A DNA stretch of 63,951 bases, counting the filler, from Albugo candida (Eukaryota): assembly GCA_040437565.1 (NCBI GenBank). It is 21 parts of 21 records of this genome, joined end to end, with 100 filler letters (N's around TTAATTAATTAA, not from the genome) between each part and the next. Parts side by side here need not be neighbours in the genome. Positions count along the whole stretch, not along the records: positions 12,783 to 15,773 come from JBDOQK010000245.1; positions 15,874 to 18,862 come from JBDOQK010000246.1; positions 18,963 to 21,935 come from JBDOQK010000247.1; positions 22,036 to 25,000 come from JBDOQK010000248.1; 17 more parts are not named here. The stretch is one strand, 5' to 3'. The notes under the pieces were generated by a model. That model had not been told where the DNA came from. It searched no databases and saw only the letters and a list, made by a program, of their open reading frames with translations. Shown here piece by piece: positions 12,783-24,027 of the stretch (the stretch's first letter is position 1; each line of letters starts with the position of its first letter). The translations under genes were made by a program, and so were the position numbers.

Positions 12783-14274
12783 ACAATAACAACAACAACA
12801 ACAACAGCTATAACAGCCAAGAAAATGACAAAAATTTCTCTTCTGGTGATAATAACTCTTTCTTGGGCTCTTTGAATGATGATTCTACTGCTAATACACA
12901 AGAAATTCTTGATCAACTTGAAATGAATGCTGTTTACAACCAGTTTTTTTCTGATACTACTGATACTACTACTACTAACAATGGTGCTACTTCCACTGGC
13001 CAACAGCAAGCTAGCCAAGGATCATTCCCTGCTCCTAATACTGCTATTGCTACCACTACTTTGGGTCAACAGCAAGTAATTGATCAAGAAGTCTTTGGAA
13101 GTTTGTTCAACTTGATGTTTGGTGCTTTCAAGAATGAATTGACTACACTCGTTGCTGCCGCCGTAAACCAAGCTCTCGTAGAGAACGGTCATGCTATTGG
13201 AGAGAATAGAAGAGAACGTAAGTTTTTTATATGATCAAAAATTAATAGTTCTTTTTTTTAATCTTTTTTTTCTAGCCGTTCTTTCAATTGAAAATGGAGT
13301 CTCTAACAATACATATGATATATTGAAGAATTTGTATGGAACCGCTGAGCAGAGAAACGTTATTTTTAGTAATCCTTGTAAGTATGGAACCCGTGACTTT
13401 GCTAGAGGTGATGCACCTAAGGATATGAGCGCCAAACAAGGTCTATTGAGTGTAATGAAGTTATACTATCAGTTGAACAAGATACCTTTTGTGAAGGAAG
13501 GTGAAGACGAACTTGAAGAATTAGAAAGAAGATATGAAATGGTATTCGAAAATATCAAAAGTTTTGTTGAGGTTCAAATTATTACAAATGAAGATGATGA
13601 AGAGCAAGCTTGGGGGGATAAGAAAAAGAGCATCAAGAACGCATACAGTTTGTTGGCCGAAGATTTTATAGAGCAAAGTTTAACTGCTGCGAGAGATGGC
13701 CTTCCTCTCTTTTGTACGGTGAAGCACTACGCTGTTAACTTTTTTTTGACTGCAGCTTTAAGAAACGCAAAACGTCGTAGTTCAAGAGGGGCACCTATCA
13801 AAGTAAGTTTTTTTTTTATATAAAAAAATCGTTGTTATAAGCTATAAGATTTTTATACTCAATATTATTTTTATTTTATAGAACATGCTTTCTTTGGGTT
13901 CTTCTTCTGTTGCTGGAACAAGTACCGCTAGTTCTAGTAGAGTGACTCTCCAGGTTGATTCTGATAGTGAGGTTGATGAGGTTGACGAGGTAAGTGGTTT
14001 TGAGGGGGGTAATCAGGTAAGTAGTGATAATGAAGCAACTCCCCCTTCTTCTCCTTTGCTTACACCAGCAGAGAGAATTTTAAACTCTTCAACTTCCGTC
14101 TCGCTTCCTGCTGCTCCTACTCCTTCAAAAAAGGGTAAAGAAAGAGAGGTTGTCAAAACTACTACTACCAGTGGTTCTGGTTCAAAAAACACCAAGAACA
14201 ACAAACGTGATGGTCAAGGTGGAAAAGAAAACGAATCTTCAAAAAGGGCACGTAACACCCGTTCAAAAAAGTAA
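12783..14274 (+). CDS. Three-exon hypothetical protein (5'-truncated), probable transposon accessory gene
   Basis: ORFs 12863-13234, 13191-13823 and 13885-14274 are separated by GT-AG introns (~13218-13275, ~13803-13881). Low-complexity N-terminus, helical core, and a Ser/Thr/Lys-rich tail ending KRARNTRSKK. Confidence 0.6.
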
Positions 14275-15873
14275 ACTGTAAGTAAAATATTAAAGTATTG
14301 ATTTTTTTCTTTTCTTCTAAATATAATATATCTCTTTTCTGTAGTACAGTATATTTTTTTGTAGTGCCGTGTATATTTTTTTTTTTTGGAAAAAATATAA
14401 AAAGAAGATTTTTCTTCATCCCTCCTTTTTCTCTTTTCTTTCCCTTTCTTTTTTTTTAAATATATACATCTCCTTTCCCACTGGGTTTTTTTCTCGCTTT
14501 TTTTAAAAAATAAATTATCTTACAAATAATAACTACTTCTGTCTGGTTCAAATTTTTTTAGTATCTTCTAACTCTCATGCTATAGTTGAGTCTTGGTAAC
14601 AGCTGCAAGTTCTTTAACATGAGAAAAACCTCTATTTAACCTTTTTTTTTTTACTTTAGTACTTCTCATGTCAACTCATTGCTGCCTAGGGGTTCATGCA
14701 TGCGTAATGTCGAATACTTCAAAATCTCTTGAAACTCTTTCCCACTTTTTCTAGATATGTTAAGATATAACTTTTTTCACTCTTTTGATTTATACTTTTT
14801 ACTTAGCCGAGTTAGCTTTATAATAAGGTACATTCATTTCATTCATTTCATTCAAGATCAAGAGATCTCATATTTTTTTATATTTAGTTACTCTCATACC
14901 AAGGCACTATAGTTCTTCTTTCATATACAAATGTATTTATTCTTCTATTCTGTAAGTCTACTACTGTCTTTGTTTATTATATACTATCTTTTAATTTACT
15001 AGTCTTAACAAGTACTACTACAAGCTGGATGTCTATTGTATACTATTCTTTCTATGGAACCATGCAAGTATGTACTATTATATATAACGTTGTATACATT
15101 TTATTAATTTAACATCATATCTTTAGATAGACAATGAAGGTATTTATCAGTTGCTTGAAGCTAATGCCCTCTGAAATCTTAAGAAGAAGCTCATGTATTA
15201 CTACCATCTGTATTTGTTGTGCTCAAGTAAATTATTCGTAACATTTAGCCTCTATTCTATTTAAATTATATGTATATCCACCCATTTCAAATGATATTTT
15301 CAATAAATAAAACCCACTTTTTTTTTATAAAACGTAATAACATATCTGTCATTCTATTTGTCCACGTATTGTAAATGAAGGGATTCCATTTGTAAACCTA
15401 GTCTATTTATACAATTATATACCCATATATATCATCAATTTAAGGTTTTATACGTTCAATATGTCGTAGTTTGTCGTAAAATACAGCGTATATCTGACAC
15501 GTACGTCGTTATATGTCAAGAAATTGAACGTATGTAAGGGCAATTTGTCAATATACGCCATTAATCCAACATATTTACGTGTAGTATGTTCAATGGAGCA
15601 AATGAAACACATATTTGCTCATATACGTCAAAGTGGACAAACTGAACATGTATCTGCGCTATTTACCGCTTTTCGTTTTCACCAACAAACATCTGTTCTA
15701 TTTACTTTCGTTTGTTTTTTCTAACATATATTTGTCTGTTGGGCAAATATCGACACATAGAAAATGCATGTGTNNNNNNNNNNNNNNNNNNNNNNNNNNN
15801 NNNNNNNNNNNNNNNNNTTAATTAATTAANNNNNNNNNNNNNNNNNNNNNNNNNNNNNNNNNNNNNNNNNNNN

Positions 15874-18129
15874 GGCGTCGAATCGCATCAGCGAGAGGAA
15901 GAGCACATACAGCCGGAAAGGAGTATCGGTGTATTTGCATCCTTTACTTCTGCTATCAATGCTTCTTTGAATAGCAGCTCAAGCAGCGCAGATAGCAATC
16001 ACAGTGTCAACACAAGTGCTCCTCATGGAAATGGTGCGGGAGTTTTATGGATTGAATGCCCCACATGCAGAAATATGACGCAATTGTCCTCTGATATTAA
16101 TTCTGTCGGAAATCTTCCTAAAAATTATGAGCTTTTGAGGGTTCGCGATGAGATGCAAAGCTCTCAAACTCATCAGCAGCTCTCTTCACTGAAGGAGAAA
16201 TGGCTTACACAAGTTGTCCAAAAGGAACATTTAGTCAGAGATGCGAAAGAAATGGCGCGTGTGGCATTACATGAATCCGAAGAAGCTGCATTGAAATCAA
16301 GGGATTTGGCAAAACAAGTAGAAATAAATGAGCAAGAAAAAGTGAGGGCGCAACAGGTTGCAGAAGAAGCAAAGGAAAAAGCTATCAGAGCTTCACACAA
16401 GGCAGAATTACTTGAAGCGGAAACGGAGCAACTGAAGCAGCAATTACGTTTAGAGGCATCGGAATTACAGCGTTTACAAAGCGATGCCACCAATACAGCA
16501 GCGGTTGCTGCTGAATTGCATACTCGGGCTAAAAATTTACAACGGCAAATCGATCGTGTGAGTGCACAACTATCATTACACTCTGGCCGTCACGATCCGG
16601 CAAAGCTTGTGGTGCTCGTTTGTGAACCTACAACTGTAGGAAATTGGCTGTTGCCATACACGAGATACGCTGTAATCAGCATAACGACCGAAAATGGAAC
16701 GGAGAGAGACGCTGGAAAGCGTGAAAGTATCGATCCCGATGACGCCAAAAAGAACTCGTTCAAGGCTGCAAAGACGTGGATCATGCAGCATCAGGTTGCG
16801 GAACCCAGTGCTTTTGTCAAAGTATATCGACGATACAGCGATTTTGTGTGGCTGCATCGGCAACTGTGCAGGAAACATCCATTTGAGCTGGTTCCAGGCA
16901 TACCCGGAAAACAAGTATTTTTCAACAAGGAGAATGAATTTGTCGGGGAAAGAATGAAGCTGCTTCAAGCATTCCTCAGAAATGTCTTGCGGCATCCAGT
17001 GCTTGCTCTGGTTGAAGAAGTAAGATCGTTTTTGCTGTCGACTACAGAAGAATTGGATGCAATCAGATTACGATCTATCAGTACAGCAAGAGATATTGAT
17101 GAGCTCGAATTTGGGCTTTGTGCGGCATATCCGTACGACTCAATCGTCAGCGACTCTGATGTGAATGAAAGGGGGCTTGAAAAACACTCGGGTCATATGC
17201 TTTTAACATCGAAGCCAATTGAGCCATCCGGAAATGCATGGGCTTGGGGTGCGATGCGTGCGATAACAAATTCAGCTGCCAAGATGTGGACCACGGGCAA
17301 TGTCTCGACGGAAGACTTGCACTCAGAGGAAGAATCGAGGGGAGTAAAGCTTTCCGCAGTGCCTGAAACAAACAGCAGTTACCTAGAGGATAGAGATATC
17401 GATTCCAGATTCTTCGATATTGTCGAGTGTCGAGAAAATTATATGCGTGTGTGTTCTGCGTACGAAAACACAGCACTCAAAGGAAGTTACCTGGCACGTG
17501 CTGAGAGAAAAGAAGCCAAGCATTTGCATCGTATCTGTGAGCTTCTCAACGATATGGATTTACTGGAACGCTCTTTCGACAGAATGAAACGTCAGAGGAA
17601 TGAAACAGCGAATGATCAGAACGTATCACTCGCGTTGAGGGAAAGCACTGGCATCCAACGGCAACAGCAAGTGTTTTTTGAAACCCGCACATTCGATGCA
17701 AGAGCAGCAGATTCATTCAGTGCATTTTCTCTGCTCGTGAAAAGCACAGCAGACTGCAATGAATATGCACTTTTAGAAATTGTACGAATGCAATTACTTC
17801 ACTTGGGTGCAATTGAACAATCGTATTCACGTTTGCGGCAATTGGAAGTATCGATACACGACAAATTGAATGCCGCAGCCAAAAACTCTGTGGAAGGGAA
17901 GCATACATCAGGAATGGCGTCTCCAGAAATGGATTGGAACTTGCAAGTAAAGAAACTCAATCAGTGTCGCCAGGAACTGGGAAAAAAAGTTCACAATTTA
18001 GACCCAACTCGGTCCATTTTTGTGCTGGAAACCTTGCAGGAAAATGTGATGGAAATGCAAATTTTGTCGAAGGAAAGACGTCTTATGTATGAAGAGACAC
18101 TGAGGCAGATCAATGCGCACATGATGTGA
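15874..18129 (+). CDS. RING-finger (C-terminal half) + coiled coil + PX domain + BAR-like helical region; sorting-nexin-like, 5'-truncated
   Basis: Frame is open from the contig start. IECPTCR...LPKNYELL marks the end of a RING; a long coiled coil follows; then the PX motif VYRRYSDFVWLHRQLCRKHPFELVPGIPGK...ERMKLLQAFL. Intronless. Confidence 0.88.
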   Translation, partial: GVESHQREEEHIQPERSIGVFASFTSAINASLNSSSSSADSNHSVNTSAPHGNGAGVLWIECPTCRNMTQLSSDINSVGNLPKNYELLRVRDEMQSSQTHQQLSSLKEKWLTQVVQKEHLVRDAKEMARVALHESEEAALKSRDLAKQVEINEQEKVRAQQVAEEAKEKAIRASHKAELLEAETEQLKQQLRLEASELQRLQSDATNTAAVAAELHTRAKNLQRQIDRVSAQLSLHSGRHDPAKLVVLVCEPTTVGNWLLPYTRYAVISITTENGTERDAGKRESIDPDDAKKNSFKAAKTWIMQHQVAEPSAFVKVYRRYSDFVWLHRQLCRKHPFELVPGIPGKQVFFNKENEFVGERMKLLQAFLRNVLRHPVLALVEEVRSFLLSTTEELDAIRLRSISTARDIDELEFGLCAAYPYDSIVSDSDVNERGLEKHSGHMLLTSKPIEPSGNAWAWGAMRAITNSAAKMWTTGNVSTEDLHSEEESRGVKLSAVPETNSSYLEDRDIDSRFFDIVECRENYMRVCSAYENTALKGSYLARAERKEAKHLHRICELLNDMDLLERSFDRMKRQRNETANDQNVSLALRESTGIQRQQQVFFETRTFDARAADSFSAFSLLVKSTADCNEYALLEIVRMQLLHLGAIEQSYSRLRQLEVSIHDKLNAAAKNSVEGKHTSGMASPEMDWNLQVKKLNQCRQELGKKVHNLDPTRSIFVLETLQENVMEMQILSKERRLMYEETLRQINAHMM

Positions 18130-19059
18130 GCATTCCGTCTTTCACAAACTGCAGAAATGCTCCAAGCTCCATTGTATCCTAAGGTTGAGTTGCACACTGT
18201 ATTCCTATATTATAATCTGCAAAATATGGACCCAAAGCACTGATTTTCAGTTGCGACTTTGTGAAATTATTAGTGTTTGTAGTCGGTCATGTACAGCTAT
18301 TTTGTATGCGGCTTGGGCGAGAATAGTTGGCCTACATCGATCATGGATATCTACACAGATCTGTAATGTACTACAGCGCTCAAGAAATACTTGAGGCTTC
18401 CGCCTATCTATCGCGTGACTCGTAAAGTTTCGCCAACTCGATTGAACGATGCGAGGAGTAGAGTATGGATGTCGTTGATTTTGATAACCCGCGAGCAAAG
18501 ACTAAAAAGCTAGTTTGTTGATCAATTATTTTCTTTTGTCCTCAGGCGTTTACATTGCCTGATAATGAGAATTGTTCGTGGATGTTTCGATTAGGTCTGC
18601 ATGACACCTCGTCCTCAAGTAAAAGATACGGCATGAAGAAATGCGGTCATCTAGCAAATTAGTAGTCGAGGAGTATAAGCAATCGATGTAATGTGTGATC
18701 AGTGCATTCGCCAAGCGAAGATCGGCCTTCCATGCTACTAACGCCGTTATGGTAGTTCAAGTTTTGCTTTTGTGTCAAAAACGCACAAGACTAAAAGTTT
18801 CCTATCCATTTTTCCAATGATTTTGTCACCGAAAGAGAAGATAGGCTTGATAGAATTATGTGNNNNNNNNNNNNNNNNNNNNNNNNNNNNNNNNNNNNNN
18901 NNNNNNTTAATTAATTAANNNNNNNNNNNNNNNNNNNNNNNNNNNNNNNNNNNNNNNNNNNNCTAAGTTTAACGAAACCAAGAAGATCCAAAGTTGTCGT
19001 CGTTGAAGAATGTTTCTTCTCTTGATTAAGGTGCAGCTTATTATGCACGTAGAGGTTAT

Positions 19060-19446
19060 CTAGATCCTAGATAGATCAATATCCCACGATGTACGTTCCA
19101 CAAATTGTACCGTCCCTACTAAGTTGATCGGAGGTAGCCGCCGTTTATCTGCAACGTTCATGTCAAACTCTACTTTGTAAACTGAGCCACCCCCAGGTGG
19201 CATCTTAACTCTTCCTTCTTTGATTTTCAAATTAGGGTGAATGTTCACTTTCACGCCTCTTTTAGTCGCGAAGCCGGCCTCATCGTATGATATATCGATC
19301 AATTCTACGTATCTTCTTGTTTCAATAAGCTCACCAGATGCTGGGAATTGAAGCATCCTGGAGCACCCGGTTGACAAGTTGCATAACTGCTTCGTTCGTT
19401 TGGCGACGACAGCAAGGATGAAAGAGCTCAAACTTTGTATCTTCAT
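19060..19446 (-). CDS. Hypothetical protein, probably the last exon of a larger or decayed gene
   Basis: 128-aa ORF of plausible composition preceded by a candidate acceptor. No recognisable motif. Confidence 0.3.
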   Translation of the reverse strand: MKIQSLSSFILAVVAKRTKQLCNLSTGCSRMLQFPASGELIETRRYVELIDISYDEAGFATKRGVKVNIHPNLKIKEGRVKMPPGGGSVYKVEFDMNVADKRRLPPINLVGTVQFVERTSWDIDLSRI

Positions 19447-20484
19447 TCTTTCTTGCTTATTGAAAAATGATTGTGTACCTGATTCAATCCAGAGAGGACG
19501 TAGAGTTATTATTGAAATAATCAGGAAGGCAAAAGAACGTAATCAATTTGAAATTTACCACTTAAAGTGCAACGATGAGTCTCTCATGTTTACGAAGCAA
19601 ATCATCCAATCGAGAGATTCTGTAAAGAATATGGAAGCGATACTTTAACTCACACGAGTACTCAGTGGTCAATTTACAACAATCAGTCGAAACTTGCCTT
19701 TTTTCTACTGCCAATAGAATGGCACAAGATGGTAATTGTATTGCTGACATGATCATGTATAAACTGATTGATATACATCAGGCTTTGCGTCTGATGCGAG
19801 CCAAAATGGCCAGCAAGCAAACTTCCATGTATCCAAGCATGTCATCATCTCACATGTCATACAATTTTCCAACAAAAATAGCCATTGATCACATAAGACT
19901 CGTGCTTCATATCGAGCGAGACATGAACGTACACACCTCGGTAAGTCGATATCAGACAACGTTAATTTTATAGAACTTCGATTAAATGAAAGCGTTGTGT
20001 CATGGAGCCCCCTGCCACGTAACACGGTATTTGAAGGGTTCAGAATGCCTTCGAACAGATGCTATGACTTGATACTGAGAGCTTGATTCTTTTGCCCGCT
20101 TCAGCAAAAATAGCAAGCCGGCTTATAGTGTATAACAGTAATTAATACAAACATTCATCGTACTACCGTAAAACTCTTCGATTACTTTAGAAACTAATTA
20201 ATTGCTTCAAGATGACTCGGTTATCAATTCCTGGGGTAAATGACCGGTTTGATTCATCGAGGATAACCGGACATTGCCAACAGAATCAATTTCAAACTCA
20301 GTAATTACGCAATGATGCTATCGCATCTTACCCCAAACTCCTTCTCCATCAACACCAGATGCTTGGCAAATAAACCAGCGGATGATATTCGCATGACACA
20401 CAATGATTCGTACCGATCTCGAGATCGCGCATCACCTCGTCCAGAGCTTGTATTCAACTTTGATCACGAGTACTTGATATGAGT

Positions 20485-21559
20485 TCATGAAAATGTTGGC
20501 AGGAGACCTTGACGTAGTGGCTTTGGTTCCTTCTGGAGATACTCATGTTGTAATGCGTCTTGCGCGGCAATCCGACGATCAGTTACTGATATGAGCATCT
20601 TGGAAAGCAAGTCAAACCTCGCATTCGAGATATCTTTCGTAAAAAATGTCGAAGGGAGGTGAGTTCTCCAATCCGAGGTCTTTAATTCAGATCTTGCATT
20701 TGGCAAGATCCCAAAACCGGGCCAGGTCGCTTCCGTTGGCGGTCCCAAAAGCCGAAAAATCTGATCGAGTTGGTTCATTTCTCCGCGCCCTTCAAATAAC
20801 GGCTTCATCCATAATAATTCTGCAAATACACATCCAAGCGACCACATATCCACGGCAGTCGAGTATCGTTCTGTCCCAAGCAATAATTCAGGCGCACGGT
20901 ACCATAATGTCACAGCCAGCGGTGTATACTTTCGTGTCGGATCGACACATTGTCTCGCTAAGCCAAAATCGCATACATTTACCACTCCGTTCTTATCATA
21001 CAAAAGATTTGCTGTTTTGAGGTCGCGATGAATAAACCAATTAGCGTGCATAAACGCTACAGCGGACACAAGACTTTGTAAAATACTTTTCACATCAGAC
21101 TGCAGGAACGTATGCTTCATTTTCTTCTGCATTAGCGTTCTCAGATCATTCTCTGCGTATTTCATAACCATGTAAGTCGTGTCACTGGACGAGCCGACAA
21201 CCATATTTCGAACGTGAATGATATTCGGATGTCGGAGTTGTAACAACGCGTTTGTTTCACGTAATGCGGTCATCGGGAAGCTTTCTTTGCAGAGATCGCC
21301 CGACATTTTCACTTTGTTTCAGCGCCGCAATCTCTCCTGAGCTTTTATCGCGAGCTTTTGACACAACGCCGTATGTTCCTTCATCAATTTGACCGATTCT
21401 CTCGTCATTTTTCGACGCTTTGACAGCCGTATGATGTATAGTTGGGAAGTAGTCATCTCTCCGTGACCGCTTGTTTATTTCGGCGCCTTGTGTTACGTGT
21501 ATAAGAGTTGTGATCGTCGTATTTGCTTGTTTTATTGGTTGGTGCGATTGCTTTGTCAT
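20485..21559 (-). pseudogene. PITSLRE/CDK10-CDK11-type cyclin-dependent kinase with a +1 frameshift
   Basis: IDEGTYGVV...AALKQ is in one frame. FPMTALRE, HRDLKTANLL, DFGLAR and VTLWYRAPELLLG are in the next. One extra base lies in the run at 21313-21315. Confidence 0.88.
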
Positions 21560-22035
21560 GTCACCTATCCGATTTAGTACAGTGTTTGTATCGGATTGGA
21601 TACTTCACTACTTAATGAATGATGTGAATGGGTGGTTATATAGAACGTGAACAGAGCTTGTGTGTGTTAAGAACGCATTGCTGCTTTCAAACATAACTGA
21701 ACTTGTGTGTGTTAAGAGGCAGTGCCGTCTTTAACAGGACGGAACGATTGCGGTCCATGTCAAGTAAGAACGGAAGAACGTAAGAAGTACACCCGAATTC
21801 ATCAGTACTTAAAGGTTAAAGCATGACCCGTACTTTGACATGGAAAGCTCAAGAAGAATTAATAATGTGAATTACATCTGATCGACTTTAGTTTAGCTGC
21901 TGCGCATTGGATAAATATACTGCACATTTGACGAANNNNNNNNNNNNNNNNNNNNNNNNNNNNNNNNNNNNNNNNNNNNTTAATTAATTAANNNNNNNNN
22001 NNNNNNNNNNNNNNNNNNNNNNNNNNNNNNNNNNN

Positions 22036-22336
22036 ACCGCCGGAGCGCAGCCAACGGAGAGAGCTTTCCCCGTAAACGAACGGCGTTCGTCCGTGGCAGG
22101 GGGATGTTCCAAGCTACCGCAACGCCAAAACGTTGTGCGAGGAGCAAGATACTTGTCTCGAGCTCGGCTTGCGGAAGGTCGATCTCGATTGTCGACTCTT
22201 TCGAGGAAGCGAGTGCCGCTCGTGCTTCGCCGTCAATGTTTCTCGGGAGGCATAAAACGCACACCAACATCACTACGACGATCCGAGATCGACATAAGCT
22301 CGGCAAGATCACTAAACATCCCCGCACCATTGGCAA
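22036..22336 (-). CDS. TonB-dependent receptor/transducer N-terminus (signal peptide + STN-like domain), truncated
   Basis: Directly follows fecR. Hydrophobic leader, then IDLPQAELETSILLLAQRFGVAV...LRGKLSPLAALRR, typical of the signalling N-domain. Start codon uncertain. Confidence 0.7.
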
Positions 22337-23183
22337 CGACCAGAACTCCTGAGAAACGCCGCTCCCGCAGGAGCGGGTCGACAGTCACCGCCACGCCGGT
22401 GTAGCGGGCGAGGTCAGCTGCAACGACTGCTAGCGGTGCGTTCGCGTAAACAAGGCGACCCTGTCGCCAACTGGCTACGTCACTCGACACCACCTGCACA
22501 ATCCGGCCATGCCCGCGGCCTCGATCAACTATTAACTGTTCTCCCGCGTCAAGTTTAGCCGTACCCCCGGTGCCTGGTCGAACAGACACGCTTCCTTCGG
22601 CGACCGCTACCGTCAGGAATTCGGGCGCGAGATTAACGGAGAAACGGGTGCCGATGTCACGGACATCATAGTCGGCCGCGCGGATCGACAGCGTGCGCCC
22701 CTCAATGTGCGGAACTGAGAAATACGCTTCGCCTGCCGCCAGTTGCAATTGCGTTTGATCGCCTGCCTTCACGACCAGCTTTGACCGGGGGGACAAGATG
22801 ACATGCGTATTGTCCGCCAACATCACTATGCGGGATCTGGTGTTTGCCTTATAAACGATATCGTCCGGCGTCTTGAGCAGCGTTGGAGCGACTGCCGCGA
22901 CCGCCGCAGCAGTCGCTATCAATCCGCCGAACCATGACATCCTACGTCGAAGGGGGGCTGCGGGCGGCGATAGCGCGGGGGGCTCAATACTTCGCAAAGA
23001 CTGCGCATGGTCATCGATCATGCGGTCAAGCAATGCGATCTCGTCGAAAGCAGTGCGGTGTGCAGGAGCTTCATTGAGCCACGCAATGTATCGATCCCAA
23101 TCGGCGTCCTCGCGCGACAAAGCGCGATGCCAGGCAATCGCCTCCTCGAACATGTCGTCGTTGCCGCGGTTAAGCGCGCTCAT
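22233..23183 (-). CDS. fecR: FecR family anti-sigma factor / transmembrane sensor
   Basis: N-terminal EEAIAW...W...PAHRTAF motif, one TM helix, LADNTHVILSP, GEAYFSV, DIGTRFSV, VAEGSV, SWRQGRLVY. Confidence 0.93.
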   Translation of the reverse strand: MSALNRGNDDMFEEAIAWHRALSREDADWDRYIAWLNEAPAHRTAFDEIALLDRMIDDHAQSLRSIEPPALSPPAAPLRRRMSWFGGLIATAAAVAAVAPTLLKTPDDIVYKANTRSRIVMLADNTHVILSPRSKLVVKAGDQTQLQLAAGEAYFSVPHIEGRTLSIRAADYDVRDIGTRFSVNLAPEFLTVAVAEGSVSVRPGTGGTAKLDAGEQLIVDRGRGHGRIVQVVSSDVASWRQGRLVYANAPLAVVAADLARYTGVAVTVDPLLRERRFSGVLVVANGAGMFSDLAELMSISDRRSDVGVRFMPPEKH

Positions 23184-23244
23184 GGCGCCGAAATCCTTTT
23201 AAAAATACTCGAATGATTAAAGACGTCGCGCATACTGTTCGGCC

Positions 23245-23826
23245 TCAGCCAGCCAACGTGCGACGTAGATATTTCATTGCGACCGCCATATGCTTTTCGA
23301 CCCCACTCTGAGAGATGCCTAGGCGGGCGGCTACCTCGGCGTGCGACAAGCCTTTCAGCTTGTGCAGGTCAAAGACCCGGCGGGCACCATCAGGCACCAT
23401 CTCAATCGCCTGCAAGAGCCTTGTGAGTTCCTCCCGATCGATCAACGCGCTTTCCGCATCGCGCGAGGGATCGACCCGTTCCTCGATGGAACCTGCAAGA
23501 GGCCCATCTCCCTCAATCCAGAGGCGTTCGCGTCGCATACGGCGTTGCCGCTCGCGCACGCGATCTACGACTAGGTTTTGCGCCATGCGAAAAAGATACG
23601 CCCGACCATTCGCCATAGGACCGGAACTGCCTCGACTTGCCTTCAGCCAAAGGTCTTGGATCAGATCTTCGGCCTCAGCCATATCGCCCGTTCTTGCAAT
23701 CAGAAAGCGCAAAAGCTCGGCGCGATGCACGCCGTAGAGGGTACCGAGCGGCAAATGTTCGATAGGCTCGGTCATCTCCACTGAATGCGTCACCCTCTCC
23801 GCTTTAAAATGTAAAAATAAGGCCAC
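23245..23826 (-). CDS. ECF (FecI-like) RNA polymerase sigma-70 factor
   Basis: Region 2 LLRFLIARTGDMAEAEDLIQDLWLK and region 4 FDLHKLKGLSHAEVAARLGISQSGVEKHM. Lies upstream of fecR. The true start may be the downstream Met (MTEP). Confidence 0.93.
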   Translation of the reverse strand: MALFLHFKAERVTHSVEMTEPIEHLPLGTLYGVHRAELLRFLIARTGDMAEAEDLIQDLWLKASRGSSGPMANGRAYLFRMAQNLVVDRVRERQRRMRRERLWIEGDGPLAGSIEERVDPSRDAESALIDREELTRLLQAIEMVPDGARRVFDLHKLKGLSHAEVAARLGISQSGVEKHMAVAMKYLRRTLAG

Positions 23827-24027
23827 ATGGCAACCATGCCTGTGAGACGCTGGGGGTTCATAATCTTGGCCCCATAGCTTACCAAGGTCGCTCGGGCACT
23901 ACCAAGTTGGGGTCGGTACATAGAACGGGCTCAGATATGCGATCGCCTTCGGTGCACGTCCGCGTCTCGTCCTAGGTGACAGCCTGCCAAAGGCTAACGC
24001 CGCTGCAAAGCGGCACCCACGTCCCGC

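Noticed and set aside
1..15773. KDZ, Copia, CACTA and accessory genes as one composite element or system
   Set aside because: They are on separate contigs placed together only by length sorting.
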